Of a stretch of 64,000 nucleotides of DNA, positions 26,187-36,278 are shown piece by piece (within the stretch, counting starts at the first letter, position 1; each line of letters begins with the position of its first letter). The position numbers and the translations under genes are program-made. The DNA comes from Candidatus Aenigmatarchaeota archaeon (lineage in GTDB: Archaea; Aenigmatarchaeota; Aenigmatarchaeia; CG10238-14; SCSR01): NCBI GenBank assembly GCA_038998335.1, contig JAVZHQ010000001.1:320001-384000 (forward strand), in the 5' to 3' direction. The notes below the pieces were generated by a model. It did no database searches. It had not been told where the DNA came from and saw only the letters and a list, made by a program, of their open reading frames with translations.

Positions 26187-27503
26187 TTAATGTTTTTTCC
26201 TCTTTTTCTTTTTTCCGATCTTTAACTTCTTAAAAGGATAGTTCACAGGATTTTTTATAACTATTTTCTCATCACTCTTACAAAATTCATCAGGAGTGCA
26301 AACTTTTATATCAGCATAAAAGTTTGGATTATCACAGTTTGGCGGTAGCAAATTCCTTTCCTGTCTTAGATGCCATCTAATCTGAGTTCTTAAGTAATTT
26401 GCTCTTAATGGAGGAGAATTCCTAGAGTTCCATTCTGTTAAAGTTTTCTCTATTTTCTCCAAATCCCAACCCATGTTTTTCAAAAAGTTTATTAGAATAA
26501 AAACACTTCTTTTTCTTCCGTCTGACAAACCTTTCAAAATGTTTTGAACACAAGGAGGAAAAAATTCTTCTGGAATAGCTTTTATTTTCTTAAACCTTAT
26601 TTTCGGTATTTCTTCCTTTACTTCTATCTTGTGCTTAGCAGACCAATCTAAAGCCTCTACTATTAATGCTTCAGCATCATGAAGCTTAACTTTCTGAACC
26701 AAAAATTTTTCATTAACTTTAACTTTTTCAGGAAGCGCATGTTCCCTCTCAAATTTTTCTAAATCTTCTGGTTTTATCGGTAAACTTACTAATAGCGTAG
26801 ATTCGTGTAAAGAATAAGGAAGTCTAAATAAATGCCTTGAACCGAATACATCCATGCTAACAACTTTAAAGGGGTCTAAACCACTTTCATCAGTTATTTC
26901 TTCAAGTTTTTTTTCAACCCTTTTTGAGATTTCTAAAGGCGAACCTAAAATAAGAATTTCCTCTTTAAGTTGGTCGCGTATATACCATTTAATGTATTCT
27001 ATAACCTTTTGAAGAAGTTCAGGGTAAAGAATTTGAGAAGGCTGAAAATTTATTTTTTCTGGGAGAGACTCAAAAGGTATTCCAATATGAAACCCTTTTC
27101 CTCCAGAAAATTTTAAAGTATAATTCTGAACTCCATGATCTTTTAGAGCTTCGATTATTTGTTTAACAGTTATTTTTGCTATTTCAAAATCATTAACATC
27201 AGGGTCGATAAAAATATCCCATCCGATTCTTAACTCGTCTAGCTGTAACTTTGTCATGCCTACGTCTAACTTCATAGGCTGAGACCATCTTTCAACAGAA
27301 CCATGAAATGCTATAGCCCCTTCAGCAACAGCCTGCAAAACATCTTGTGGGTATTGAATCACATCAGGCCTTTTACCAAAACTTCCATCTTTATAAACAG
27401 GAATTACTTCTCTATTCTTTCCAGCCTCGATTAAAGCATTAAAAACAGATTCTCTTGAGTACCAATTCCAAACTCTTTGAAAATTTATTGTCATAGCTAT
27501 CAT
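26187..27503 (-). CDS. fused DNA primase PriS-PriL
   Basis: GWDIFIDPD and KFSGGKGFH (PriS) joined to FPPC...DGRKR...PPNC...C (PriL Fe-S domain). Confidence 0.9.
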   Translation of the reverse strand: MIAMTINFQRVWNWYSRESVFNALIEAGKNREVIPVYKDGSFGKRPDVIQYPQDVLQAVAEGAIAFHGSVERWSQPMKLDVGMTKLQLDELRIGWDIFIDPDVNDFEIAKITVKQIIEALKDHGVQNYTLKFSGGKGFHIGIPFESLPEKINFQPSQILYPELLQKVIEYIKWYIRDQLKEEILILGSPLEISKRVEKKLEEITDESGLDPFKVVSMDVFGSRHLFRLPYSLHESTLLVSLPIKPEDLEKFEREHALPEKVKVNEKFLVQKVKLHDAEALIVEALDWSAKHKIEVKEEIPKIRFKKIKAIPEEFFPPCVQNILKGLSDGRKRSVFILINFLKNMGWDLEKIEKTLTEWNSRNSPPLRANYLRTQIRWHLRQERNLLPPNCDNPNFYADIKVCTPDEFCKSDEKIVIKNPVNYPFKKLKIGKKKKRKKH

Positions 27504-27546
27504 GAGAAGTTCTTCGAACTCCTCAATATAATAGTAAATTTAAATA

Positions 27547-28428
27547 TTGAAATCTTTTTCTAAAATTATGCAAGTCTTAAATTTTTTTGATCCCTGGAAA
27601 AGTGAATTGTGTACATGCCCAAGAAAGTATTCCTTTAGCCCATACTCAGGCTGCTCTCATGCTTGTGTTTATTGTTATGCCTCAAGTTACATAAAAAATT
27701 TTTTCAAGTGTAGACCAAAAAAAGATGTGGTTAAAAAATTGGTAAGCGATTTAAAAAAAATAGATAAAAATTTTCCTGTTTCTATTTCAAATTCTAGCGA
27801 CCCTTACGTTCCTGAGGAAGAAAAACTTAAGCTCACAAGAGATTGCTTAAAGTATTTCGCTCTTCATAGATGTAAGGTTTTGATAATAACAAAATCTAAC
27901 ATAGTTGCAAGAGATACGGATATTCTTTCAAAAATGAAAGCTTGTGTAAGCGTAACAATAACAACTTTGAATGAAGAAATAGCCAGAAAGCTAGAACCAA
28001 AAGCTTCTTTGCCTAGGAAAAGGATTAAAGCTTTAGAAATTTTAAGTAAAAAAGGTATTCCAACAGTAGTAAGACTTGATCCCGTAATTCCTTTTTTGAA
28101 TGAGAACGAAATAGAAGATATAGTTGAAGTCTCTACTTCTGTGGGAGCAAAGCATTTAGTCTCAAGCACCTATAAAGTAAGGCCGGACAATTGGAGAAGA
28201 TTTTCTTTTCTCTTTCCAGAAATTTCTAAAAAATTAAAAGATTTTTACTTTAAGTATGGAGAAAAAATTTCAAATTCATTTTATTTGCCAAAAGAAATTA
28301 GATTCAGAATAATGAAAAAAGTAAGAGAAGCTTGTGATAAAAACAAAATAAGTTTTTCATGTTGTAGAGAAGGCTTTTTTGAACTTAACAATTCAAAGAG
28401 TTGTGACGGAACGCATCTAATTAAATAA
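27547..28428 (+). CDS. radical SAM protein (SplB-like)
   Basis: PYSGCSHACVYCYA, SDPY and TKS motifs. Confidence 0.88.
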   Translation: MKSFSKIMQVLNFFDPWKSELCTCPRKYSFSPYSGCSHACVYCYASSYIKNFFKCRPKKDVVKKLVSDLKKIDKNFPVSISNSSDPYVPEEEKLKLTRDCLKYFALHRCKVLIITKSNIVARDTDILSKMKACVSVTITTLNEEIARKLEPKASLPRKRIKALEILSKKGIPTVVRLDPVIPFLNENEIEDIVEVSTSVGAKHLVSSTYKVRPDNWRRFSFLFPEISKKLKDFYFKYGEKISNSFYLPKEIRFRIMKKVREACDKNKISFSCCREGFFELNNSKSCDGTHLIK

Positions 28429-29377
28429 AATCTGTTAAAACTCTTTGACCCTTTCCCAAAACTTGAGCCTGAATTTTAAATCTTCTTCTTATCTCACAAG
28501 CTAAATCTTTTGCATACCCATGCACACAAATAACTTTTTTTGGCTTAACTTCTTGGACAAAAAGCATTAATTGCTCGAAATCGCAATGATCGGAGATAGG
28601 GAAAGCTTTAACATTATAATTTCTAGTTAAAGCCCATCCAGTAAGCACACAACCTCTTGAATTTTCTTTCTCAAGATAAGGAATAGTATGCATTGGCATA
28701 ACAAAAACTTCTGAATCCTCACCCTTTTCTAAAAATTTAAGGTTAACCTCAAACTCATTATAAACTTCTGAATATTTCCTTATAGAGTCAGAGACTTGCG
28801 GAACTATTCCATTTTTGTTTAAGAGCTTTATTATTTCTTGAGATTTCCCTACAGTATAACCCCCTAAATAAACTTCAAAGCCATTTTTTAACTGCTTAAA
28901 AACCCAATCTATTAACTCCTTTCTTACGGTATCAACCAAAGGAAATTTATAAAATGGTTTTCCATAAGTTGCTTCTGTTATCAAAACATCTGCTTGGCAA
29001 ATTTTTATAGCTTTATGTGTTAAGCCTTGCCAAAGTTTGAAGTCGCCAGTATAAAGAATCGATGTACTATCAGTTTCTATTAGGATTTGAGTCGAGCCCA
29101 AGATATGCCCTGAACTTATCAACCTTACAGAAAAACCATCAAATTCAATTTTTTTATTTTCCTTTATTATATTTGCCTCGAAGTAAGGATCTCTGACTTT
29201 TATTAACTTATAAGTTTCTTCTGTACAATAAGGTTTTCTTATTATTTCTTTTGGTGAATGGTCTACATGAGCGTGAGAAACAAAAGAAATTAGGTCAGAA
29301 ATTTTCGGGTCAAGCAAAATCGTTTCTTTGTTTATTTTTACAGCGATTCCATTACCATAAGAAATCTTAAGCTCCAT
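28421..29377 (-). CDS. MBL-fold beta-CASP exonuclease
   Basis: SHAHVDH, GHILGS, TGDF, EATYG, SDHCDF and VHG motifs. Confidence 0.87.
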   Translation of the reverse strand: MELKISYGNGIAVKINKETILLDPKISDLISFVSHAHVDHSPKEIIRKPYCTEETYKLIKVRDPYFEANIIKENKKIEFDGFSVRLISSGHILGSTQILIETDSTSILYTGDFKLWQGLTHKAIKICQADVLITEATYGKPFYKFPLVDTVRKELIDWVFKQLKNGFEVYLGGYTVGKSQEIIKLLNKNGIVPQVSDSIRKYSEVYNEFEVNLKFLEKGEDSEVFVMPMHTIPYLEKENSRGCVLTGWALTRNYNVKAFPISDHCDFEQLMLFVQEVKPKKVICVHGYAKDLACEIRRRFKIQAQVLGKGQRVLTDFI

Positions 29378-29398
29378 AAAAAAATATTAGCTTTTTTT

Positions 29399-29680
29399 CT
29401 ATTTCTTCTTTGTCAATTTCTTTATCTCTTTTTTCAGCTTGAGCAGCTGAACAGAAAAGTTACACTTGCTACACTTAATGTTAAACTTTTGGTTCAAGCC
29501 TTGACCAGAAACAAAGGGCTCTTGCCATCTTTCTCTTTTTTTCTCTGAATAATTGCATTCTGGGCAGGTAAATTCTACTGTTGCTTCTTCTTCACCAACT
29601 AACTTAATTATTCTCACTCTTCCTTTTACTTCGCCTTTCGAGTTTGTCAAGTCTCGAGTTGTTATATATTCTATCTGCAT
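29399..29680 (-). CDS. zinc-ribbon hypothetical protein
   Basis: CPEC...CSKC. Confidence 0.7.
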   Translation of the reverse strand: MQIEYITTRDLTNSKGEVKGRVRIIKLVGEEEATVEFTCPECNYSEKKRERWQEPFVSGQGLNQKFNIKCSKCNFSVQLLKLKKEIKKLTKKK

Positions 29681-29681
29681 A

Positions 29682-29855
29682 TTAGCTCATCGGTCTTCTT
29701 TTGGGTCTTAGAGCTTTCGACCCACATTTTCTACACTTAACTTTACCTTCTTTTACTTTTGTTGGGTCTGCTCTCATTTTTGTTTTACAAACTCTACAAA
29801 CATAAACCCTAAAGAAAAGTCTTTGTAAAGCTTCTGGAAAAGATTTTTTTACCAT
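29682..29855 (-). CDS. rpl40e: 50S ribosomal protein L40e
   Basis: FPEA..RLF..YVCRVC...CRKCGSKALRPK. Confidence 0.85.
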   Translation of the reverse strand: MVKKSFPEALQRLFFRVYVCRVCKTKMRADPTKVKEGKVKCRKCGSKALRPKRRPMS

Positions 29856-29963
29856 GTTCTCAACTTTTAATCTTAACAAACTATTTTATTTAAAGTTTTT
29901 GTACTCTTGATTGAATAAATTTTATAGGTTAATTTTATATAGTTTGAAAGTTAAACTTTTGTT

Positions 29964-30554
29964 TTGGATTTCATGATTAAACCTGAGGTAAGAATTCTAG
30001 GCTTTGACGATGGTGCTTTTAATTCTAAAACTAAAGGAAAAGTTCCTGTTATAGGAGTAATATTTAGAGGTGGTAAATTTCTTGATGGTGCGTTAAAAAC
30101 TGAAGTAAAGATTGATGGCAATGATGCTACACAAAAAATAGTAAAGCTTATAAATTCTTCTCGACATAAACAACAGTTAAAAGTAATAATGTTTGACGGT
30201 GTAACCTTAGGAGGTTTTAACATAGTAGACATCAAAAAAGTGTACAAGCAAACAGGTTTACCTGTGATAGTTGTAAACAGAAAAATTCCAAACTTAAAAG
30301 AAGTTGAAAATGCTTTAAAGAATTTTAAGGATTTTAAAGCTAGATGGAAAAAGATTCTGAACGCAGGAGAAATAAAAGAGTGTAAAATCAAGGAAAATAA
30401 AAAAGTTTATTATCAATGTGTTGGGCTTAAAGATGAAGATGCCGAGGAAATAATAAAAATAAGTACCACAAGAAGTTTTATTCCTGAACCCTTGAGAGTT
30501 GCTCACATTATTGCAACTGCTGTAGCAAAAGGTGAAAGTAGTGGTAGGGCATAG
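29964..30554 (+). CDS. DUF99 (UPF0215, endonuclease V-like) protein
   Basis: RILGFDDG, DGNDAT, GGFNIVD and PEPLRVAH motifs. Confidence 0.9.
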   Translation: MDFMIKPEVRILGFDDGAFNSKTKGKVPVIGVIFRGGKFLDGALKTEVKIDGNDATQKIVKLINSSRHKQQLKVIMFDGVTLGGFNIVDIKKVYKQTGLPVIVVNRKIPNLKEVENALKNFKDFKARWKKILNAGEIKECKIKENKKVYYQCVGLKDEDAEEIIKISTTRSFIPEPLRVAHIIATAVAKGESSGRA

Positions 30555-31164
30555 GAGAAAAGAAGAAACTATTGGAAGAAAAAAATCGAATTTTGAAAAA
30601 ATGACAGAAGGTTGGTTTGGTTATATTTTTTATGCTGCTTTGGGTATAATAATTGCTTTTCTTGTTAATTTAACTCTTGCTGTTGCTTTGTCTACTGACT
30701 TACCAGTAGTTGCTGTAGTAAGTGGCTCAATGATTCATGACGAAACCATAGAATTAAACCATTATCAATGGTTAGAAAAGAAGTTTGGTTATAACAGAAG
30801 CTATATAGATTCTTGGCCTGTGAATAAAGGTTTTGGAATAGGAGACTTACCAATAATTCAAGGCTCTAAAGATTATAAGGTTGGTGATGTAGTGGTTTTT
30901 TCTGTACCTTGTGAAAGCTCGCCAATTATCCACAGAATAGTTTACATAAACGAAGATGGTAGCTATCAAACAAAAGGTGACCATAATCCAGACCAAATAA
31001 CGAAATGCTGTGGCATAGAAAAACAAGTTTGCTACACAGAAAAAAGCATTTCAAAAGACCAAATTCACGGAAAGGTAATCTTTATAATCCCGAAACTAGG
31101 ATATTTTAAGGTAATAGCCTCAGAAATTTTTGAAGGTGTAAGAAGAGTTTTGGGAGGAATTTGA
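30532..31164 (+). CDS. signal peptidase I (archaeal/SEC11 type)
   Basis: VVSGSM, IIHRI and TKGDHN motifs. Confidence 0.87.
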   Translation: MKVVVGHRRKEETIGRKKSNFEKMTEGWFGYIFYAALGIIIAFLVNLTLAVALSTDLPVVAVVSGSMIHDETIELNHYQWLEKKFGYNRSYIDSWPVNKGFGIGDLPIIQGSKDYKVGDVVVFSVPCESSPIIHRIVYINEDGSYQTKGDHNPDQITKCCGIEKQVCYTEKSISKDQIHGKVIFIIPKLGYFKVIASEIFEGVRRVLGGI

Positions 31165-31494
31165 ATGGAGTTTTGCGAAAAGTGTGGAAATTTAATGATG
31201 GTAGAAAAAAAGAAAAAGAAAAGTTTTTTAGTTTGCAGAAAATGCGGCTTAAGAAAGCCACTCAAAAAAGAGAAAATAATTCTTACTGAATCTTCCCATG
31301 AACCTTCGCGTGGAATCGTTATTATGGAAAAAGACGAAGGAATAGCTGAATTGCCAAAAACAAGAATAATGTGCCCAAAGTGTGAGAACCCAGAAGCATA
31401 CTGGTGGATGCAACAAACTAGAGCAGCTGACGAACCGCCAACAATATTTTACAAATGTACGAAATGTGGTTATTCTTGGAGAAGTTATGGCTAA
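31165..31494 (+). CDS. tfs: transcription factor S
   Basis: FCEKCG...CPKC...QTRAADEPPTIFYKCTKC. Confidence 0.93.
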   Translation: MEFCEKCGNLMMVEKKKKKSFLVCRKCGLRKPLKKEKIILTESSHEPSRGIVIMEKDEGIAELPKTRIMCPKCENPEAYWWMQQTRAADEPPTIFYKCTKCGYSWRSYG

Positions 31495-31606
31495 CTATTT
31501 AAAAATCTTTCTTGATATTCTTTGTAGAACTCTTTATTAAAAATTAAACCAAATTTTATGTTCCAATTAAAGAACTTAAACTATTTAAACATAAAGAAAG
31601 AAGTAT

Positions 31607-31915
31607 TTGGTGATGCCAGTTTTGCGTTATAAACCAAAAAGAATTGGTGAGATAAACTTTGAAAAAGATAACAGAATTGCTTTAGTTGGAAAGGTTATAG
31701 AACAAATAGAAAATAGTTTTATCCTTGCGGATGAAACAGGAAATGTAGAGATATTCTTTGAAGGAGAACTAAGAAAAAATCAAGTAGTTAGAGCATTTTG
31801 CTCTATAGTAGAAGGTCAACTTAAAGCAGATATAGTTCAAAACTTAAATGGCTTAAACCTAGAACTTTTTAGAAAAGTAGAGGAAATTTATAAAAAAGTA
31901 GGGTTAAGTATTTAA
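31607..31915 (+). CDS. single OB-fold protein, RPA small subunit-like
   Basis: RIALVGKV...FILADETG OB-fold signature; next to PCNA. Confidence 0.65.
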   Translation: MVMPVLRYKPKRIGEINFEKDNRIALVGKVIEQIENSFILADETGNVEIFFEGELRKNQVVRAFCSIVEGQLKADIVQNLNGLNLELFRKVEEIYKKVGLSI

Positions 31916-31949
31916 AGGCAAATTTAACTTTAATATAATAGGGCAGACT

Positions 31950-32699
31950 ATGTTCAAGGCAAAATTAAGTGATGTAAGCTTACTTAGGGATTCGATTTCT
32001 ACCATAGCTGAACTGATAGATGAAGGGATTTTTAAGATAACAAAAGATGGGATAAGCCTAACTGCTGCTGACAGAGCTTTGGTAGCAGTAGTTGATTTTA
32101 AAATTTCCTCAAAAGCTTTCGATGAATATGAAGTTGAAAAAGAGCAATCCATAGGAGTAAACATGGGTAATTTCTTGTCAGTACTAAAAAGAGCTGGAGG
32201 TGGAGATAAAGCAACTTTTAGACTTCAAGATTCTAAACTTGAAGTAGTTATCGAAAATTCTTCAAGAAGAAGGTTTGTTGTTCCTTTAATAGACTTAAGT
32301 CAAGAAGAAGTTCCTCCTATAGAGCAACTTGAGTTTACTTCAAAAGCTGAGCTTAAGCCTGAGATTTTAGAGGCTGGAGTTGAAGATGCTGAAGTTGTTT
32401 CTGATTCCATTGTTTTTGAGGCTTCAAGAGAAAAGTTTTCAATGATAGCAGAAGGCGACATAAGTTCTGCTCAACTTGAACTTGAAAAAGGGAATGAAGC
32501 CCTTCTTGAACTAAAGGCTGACGGAAACATTAAGGCAAGATACCCATTAGATTATTTGAAAAAGATGGTAAAGGCAGCTAAGATTGCTGATTCAGTAACT
32601 CTAGAATGGGGTCAAGATTATCCTATGAAGTTAAGCTTTAAGCTTGAGGATAAGCTAAGCTTGAGTTTTGTGCTTGCTCCAAGAGTAATGGAAGAGTAA
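31950..32699 (+). CDS. pcn: PCNA sliding clamp
   Basis: AADRALVAVV, YPLDYL, DYPM and LAPR motifs. Confidence 0.96.
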   Translation: MFKAKLSDVSLLRDSISTIAELIDEGIFKITKDGISLTAADRALVAVVDFKISSKAFDEYEVEKEQSIGVNMGNFLSVLKRAGGGDKATFRLQDSKLEVVIENSSRRRFVVPLIDLSQEEVPPIEQLEFTSKAELKPEILEAGVEDAEVVSDSIVFEASREKFSMIAEGDISSAQLELEKGNEALLELKADGNIKARYPLDYLKKMVKAAKIADSVTLEWGQDYPMKLSFKLEDKLSLSFVLAPRVMEE

Positions 32700-32701
32700 G
32701 C

Positions 32702-33286
32702 TCATTTAATTATAGCAGTTAAATCTTTAAAAGAAGTTACCTTAATTTCATAAGTTCTTCCTTCCAAATCTTTTAAAGTAAAGTCATGAACCTTTTTATG
32801 AGAAATTCCTCTTACATAGCTAGTTGCTCCACAACAATCTGAAACTATTATTACCTTATAATTTCTTTGGTAAGCTCCTTCTGCAGTAGCCCTAACACAA
32901 TTATTCGTTAAAACTCCGCAGAGAATAACAGTACCTATATTTAAACCTTCTAAAATTTCTTCTAAATTCGTTTTAAAAAATGCGTCGAACCTATCTTTTC
33001 TTATTATTATGTCCTTATCCTTAGGTTTTATTTCCTCTATTATCTCCCAGCCTTTTGTACCTTCTATACAAGCTCTAACATTTTCTGGTTCTCCTATTTC
33101 TGCATTACTCTTATCAGGCTTAATAGTATGCTGAGTGTAAATGATGGGAATCTTTTTACTTCTGCAAAATTCTATCAGATTTTTTACTTTTTTTATTAGC
33201 TTTTCATCAAGCATTTCGCAAGAATATTCTGACTTTCCTTTTTTAAAATCATTTTGCATATCAATAACAAGCAAAGCTGGTTTCAT
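32702..33286 (-). CDS. isochorismatase/cysteine hydrolase family protein
   Basis: ALLVIDMQNDF, KDRFDAF and TNNCVRAT motifs. Confidence 0.9.
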   Translation of the reverse strand: MKPALLVIDMQNDFKKGKSEYSCEMLDEKLIKKVKNLIEFCRSKKIPIIYTQHTIKPDKSNAEIGEPENVRACIEGTKGWEIIEEIKPKDKDIIIRKDRFDAFFKTNLEEILEGLNIGTVILCGVLTNNCVRATAEGAYQRNYKVIIVSDCCGATSYVRGISHKKVHDFTLKDLEGRTYEIKVTSFKDLTAIIK

Positions 33287-33313
33287 TTTCCCAAAAAGAA
33301 ATTGATTCAAACG

Positions 33314-34081
33314 CTATAAATACCTTAACTCTTCCTCGCCTTTAATTCTTGCAACAACTTCTACTATATCCTCAAACCTTGCATGCTTTATTCTTTTAAG
33401 CATAGTCTCTTCTGTTTGGAAAATTCCTGCAGGATTCTCCATAGTTACTTCAATTCTTAAAGGCTTTTTCTCTCCTTCTAAAAACTTAACTTCTTCTATA
33501 GCCAAAGCAGAAAACTTGTGAATATCAGTTTTACCTACACTAAAAGGAATTCTAGCTCTCCACTTTGTTATATCTGTAGAGTCAGCAACTTCTACTAATC
33601 TTGCTTCAAAACTTGTTGCATCTTGGTAACCCATATGGCAAACTATTGATTCAAGAACAAAGCAGGCAATTCTATCCATTTTTTCTCTTTTATAAAACTT
33701 TTTTAGTATTCTTTGAATTATGGGATAAGCAATAACTGCTCCTATCAAATCATGCCCTTCTCTACAAACTGAACAACCAATATCATGCAAATAAGCTCCT
33801 AAAATTATGGCAATTTTTGCATCCTCTTCGTTTCCAATTTTTTCAGTTATTATATTTGGCTTAAACCCTTTTTTAAAAAGAATTTCAAAAATTTTTAAAG
33901 CGTTTAAAGCAGAAATTTCAGCATGTATTTTTCCATGATCGTTATACCCTAATCTTAAAACAGCAAGATTATTTGCTTGCTCAAGAAAAACATCAATTTC
34001 CTTATCTTTAAGTAAAAGGTTGATTAACTTTTTTAGTTTTGAGGTTTTTGCCATCTTTCTAAGTTCTTTTTCTACTTCCAT
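33314..34081 (-). CDS. HD-domain phosphohydrolase
   Basis: YNDHGKIH, LHDIG, CH and AD motifs. Confidence 0.87.
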   Translation of the reverse strand: MEVEKELRKMAKTSKLKKLINLLLKDKEIDVFLEQANNLAVLRLGYNDHGKIHAEISALNALKIFEILFKKGFKPNIITEKIGNEEDAKIAIILGAYLHDIGCSVCREGHDLIGAVIAYPIIQRILKKFYKREKMDRIACFVLESIVCHMGYQDATSFEARLVEVADSTDITKWRARIPFSVGKTDIHKFSALAIEEVKFLEGEKKPLRIEVTMENPAGIFQTEETMLKRIKHARFEDIVEVVARIKGEEELRYL

Positions 34082-34114
34082 TTTAATTATTTTATATTTT
34101 TTAATAAAAATCTT

Positions 34115-34636
34115 TTATTCAAGAATTTTTCTCTCAATTTTAACAAATTCCTTATGTCTTTTCTCTATATCCTCTAAAGTTTTTTGTATTAGCTTATGCC
34201 TCTCTTCAAGCTCTTTTGGAATAGGCAAACCTTTAGCTTTATAGTAATTGTAGATTGCTTCATGCAAAGCATCTAAAGCAAGAATTGAACAATGCAGCTT
34301 TATAGGAGGAATCTTTTTCTTTCCACCAAGTTTTTTTATTAAATCCTCTTTATCAATTTTAAGCGCTTCTTCAAAACTTTTACCTTTTACCATAGTTGTA
34401 AGCATACTAGTATTTGCTACTGCAACGATACAGCCAAAAACTTCTCCTTTTACGTCAGAAATCCTTAACTTTCCTTTTGAATCTTTTTTAACCTTAATGT
34501 AAATTCTCATCACATCTCCACACATAGGATTTCCTGCCTCTCCTATTGCGTCAGAGTTTTTCATTCTTCCTAGATTTTTTGGATTTTTAAAATGCTTGAG
34601 TATTTCTTTTGAGTAAGGCAAAGCAATTTTTCTCAT
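34115..34636 (-). CDS. iscU: Fe-S cluster scaffold IscU/NifU
   Basis: HFKNPKN, GNPMCGD, FGC and KLHCS motifs. Confidence 0.9.
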   Translation of the reverse strand: MRKIALPYSKEILKHFKNPKNLGRMKNSDAIGEAGNPMCGDVMRIYIKVKKDSKGKLRISDVKGEVFGCIVAVANTSMLTTMVKGKSFEEALKIDKEDLIKKLGGKKKIPPIKLHCSILALDALHEAIYNYYKAKGLPIPKELEERHKLIQKTLEDIEKRHKEFVKIERKILE

Positions 34637-35067
34637 TCTAAGTCCTCCTCTGTATAAACTTTTATTCCGTTTTTGCTTAGCAAAGCAGCAGTAACTCCAT
34701 TACCCTTTCTAACTTTTCCGTTAATCCAAGTCTTTCCAAAACCACAAGAAGGACTTCTTGCCTTAAGTATTGCTTCCTCTACTTTAAAAAGTTTTGCTAT
34801 TCTTAAAACTTCTTTCGCTCCTTTAATAAAATTTTTTGTTAAATCCTTTCCTGTTTTTGACAGAACTTTTCCTTTATTTTTAAGCACATATTCTCCACTT
34901 TTAGTTAAGTTCGCAGGCTCTCTAGGCGTAGGTAAACCTCCTAGCTCCTCAGGGCAAACAGGAATTGCTTCTCCTCTTTTCACCATTTCCAATACTTTTT
35001 TGTTTAAGTTATTTTTTCCGTCATACTTGCAATTTATTCCTGCCAAACAAGCACTAACTATCTTCAA
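34633..35067 (-). CDS. DUF523 / 2-thiouracil desulfurase (TudS) family protein
   Basis: SACL..CKYDG, CPEELGGLPTPR and KARSPSCG motifs. Confidence 0.88.
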   Translation of the reverse strand: MKIVSACLAGINCKYDGKNNLNKKVLEMVKRGEAIPVCPEELGGLPTPREPANLTKSGEYVLKNKGKVLSKTGKDLTKNFIKGAKEVLRIAKLFKVEEAILKARSPSCGFGKTWINGKVRKGNGVTAALLSKNGIKVYTEEDLE

Positions 35068-35068
35068 A

Positions 35069-36226
35069 TTACCAACTTCCTTTATAAGGTGAAACCTTCC
35101 TTAAATTCTCTACAGCCTTAGGTAAAACTTCTAAAACATAATCTATTTCTTCTCTCTTTGTCCATCTTCCAAGGCTTAATCTCAAGCTTCCATGAGCTTG
35201 ATGATGCTTTAAACCTATTGCAAGTAGAACATGGCTTGGCTCTAAGCTTTCAGAAGAGCAGGCACTTCCTGTTGAAGCTGCTATTCCTTTTATATCCAAA
35301 GCCATTACTAGGCTTTCTCCTTCTATAAAATCAAACCAAAAGTTTGATATGTTTGGGAGCCTTTTTTCAGGATGTCCGTTCAGATGAGAGTTTTTTATTT
35401 TTAGAACTCCTTTTTCCATTTTTATTCTTAATTTTTCTATTCTCTTGCTTTCTCTTTTCATTTCTTTTTTTGCGATTTCTGCAGCAGCTCCAAAACCTAC
35501 TATTCCAGCAACATTTACTGTGCTTGAACGCAAGCCAAACTCGTGGCCACCACCATGAAGCAAAGGCTCTATCTTAACACCTTCCCTTATAAACAAAGCA
35601 CCTACTCCTTTTGGTCCATAAATCTTGTGAGCACTTACAGTTAACAAATCAACTTTCATTTTCTTTACATCAAGAGGAATTTTCCCGTAGCTTTGGGCTG
35701 CATCTGTATGAAAATAGACTCCATGCTCAGAACAAATCTTTCCTATTTCTTCTATTGGTTCTACAGTTCCTATTTCATTGTTTGCGTGCATTATCGAAAC
35801 TAAAATCGTATCTTTTCTAATAGCTTTTTCAACATCGTTAGGATTAACTAAACCATACTTATCAACAGGCAAATAAGTTACTTCAAAACCTTGTTTCTCT
35901 AACCATTTTGCTGTATCTAGAACTGCATGATGCTCAATGGAAGAGACTATTATATGCTTTCCCTTTTCTTTATTAGCAAATGCTACTCCTTTCAAAGCTA
36001 AGTTATCACTTTCTGTAGCACTTCCTGTAAATATTATTTCGCTAGCTTCTGCGTTCATTAGAGCAGCAACTTTTTCTCTTGCATCTTCTAAAGCACTTTT
36101 TGCTTCCCTTCCAAAAGAGTGTAAGCTCATAGTATTTCCAAATTTTTTTGTAAAATAAGGTTTCATAGCTTCAAAAACTCTAGGGTCAAGAGGAGTTGTT
36201 GCTGCATAATCAAGATAAACTCTCAT
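35069..36226 (-). CDS. iscS: cysteine desulfurase IscS/NifS
   Basis: YLDYAATTP, SAHKIYGPKG and STGSACSS motifs; start MRVYLD at 36226. Confidence 0.95.
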   Translation of the reverse strand: MRVYLDYAATTPLDPRVFEAMKPYFTKKFGNTMSLHSFGREAKSALEDAREKVAALMNAEASEIIFTGSATESDNLALKGVAFANKEKGKHIIVSSIEHHAVLDTAKWLEKQGFEVTYLPVDKYGLVNPNDVEKAIRKDTILVSIMHANNEIGTVEPIEEIGKICSEHGVYFHTDAAQSYGKIPLDVKKMKVDLLTVSAHKIYGPKGVGALFIREGVKIEPLLHGGGHEFGLRSSTVNVAGIVGFGAAAEIAKKEMKRESKRIEKLRIKMEKGVLKIKNSHLNGHPEKRLPNISNFWFDFIEGESLVMALDIKGIAASTGSACSSESLEPSHVLLAIGLKHHQAHGSLRLSLGRWTKREEIDYVLEVLPKAVENLRKVSPYKGSW

Positions 36227-36278
36227 GAAAAATATAACAGCGTTATAATATTTAAGCTTAACTGAGAAATAATAAAGT

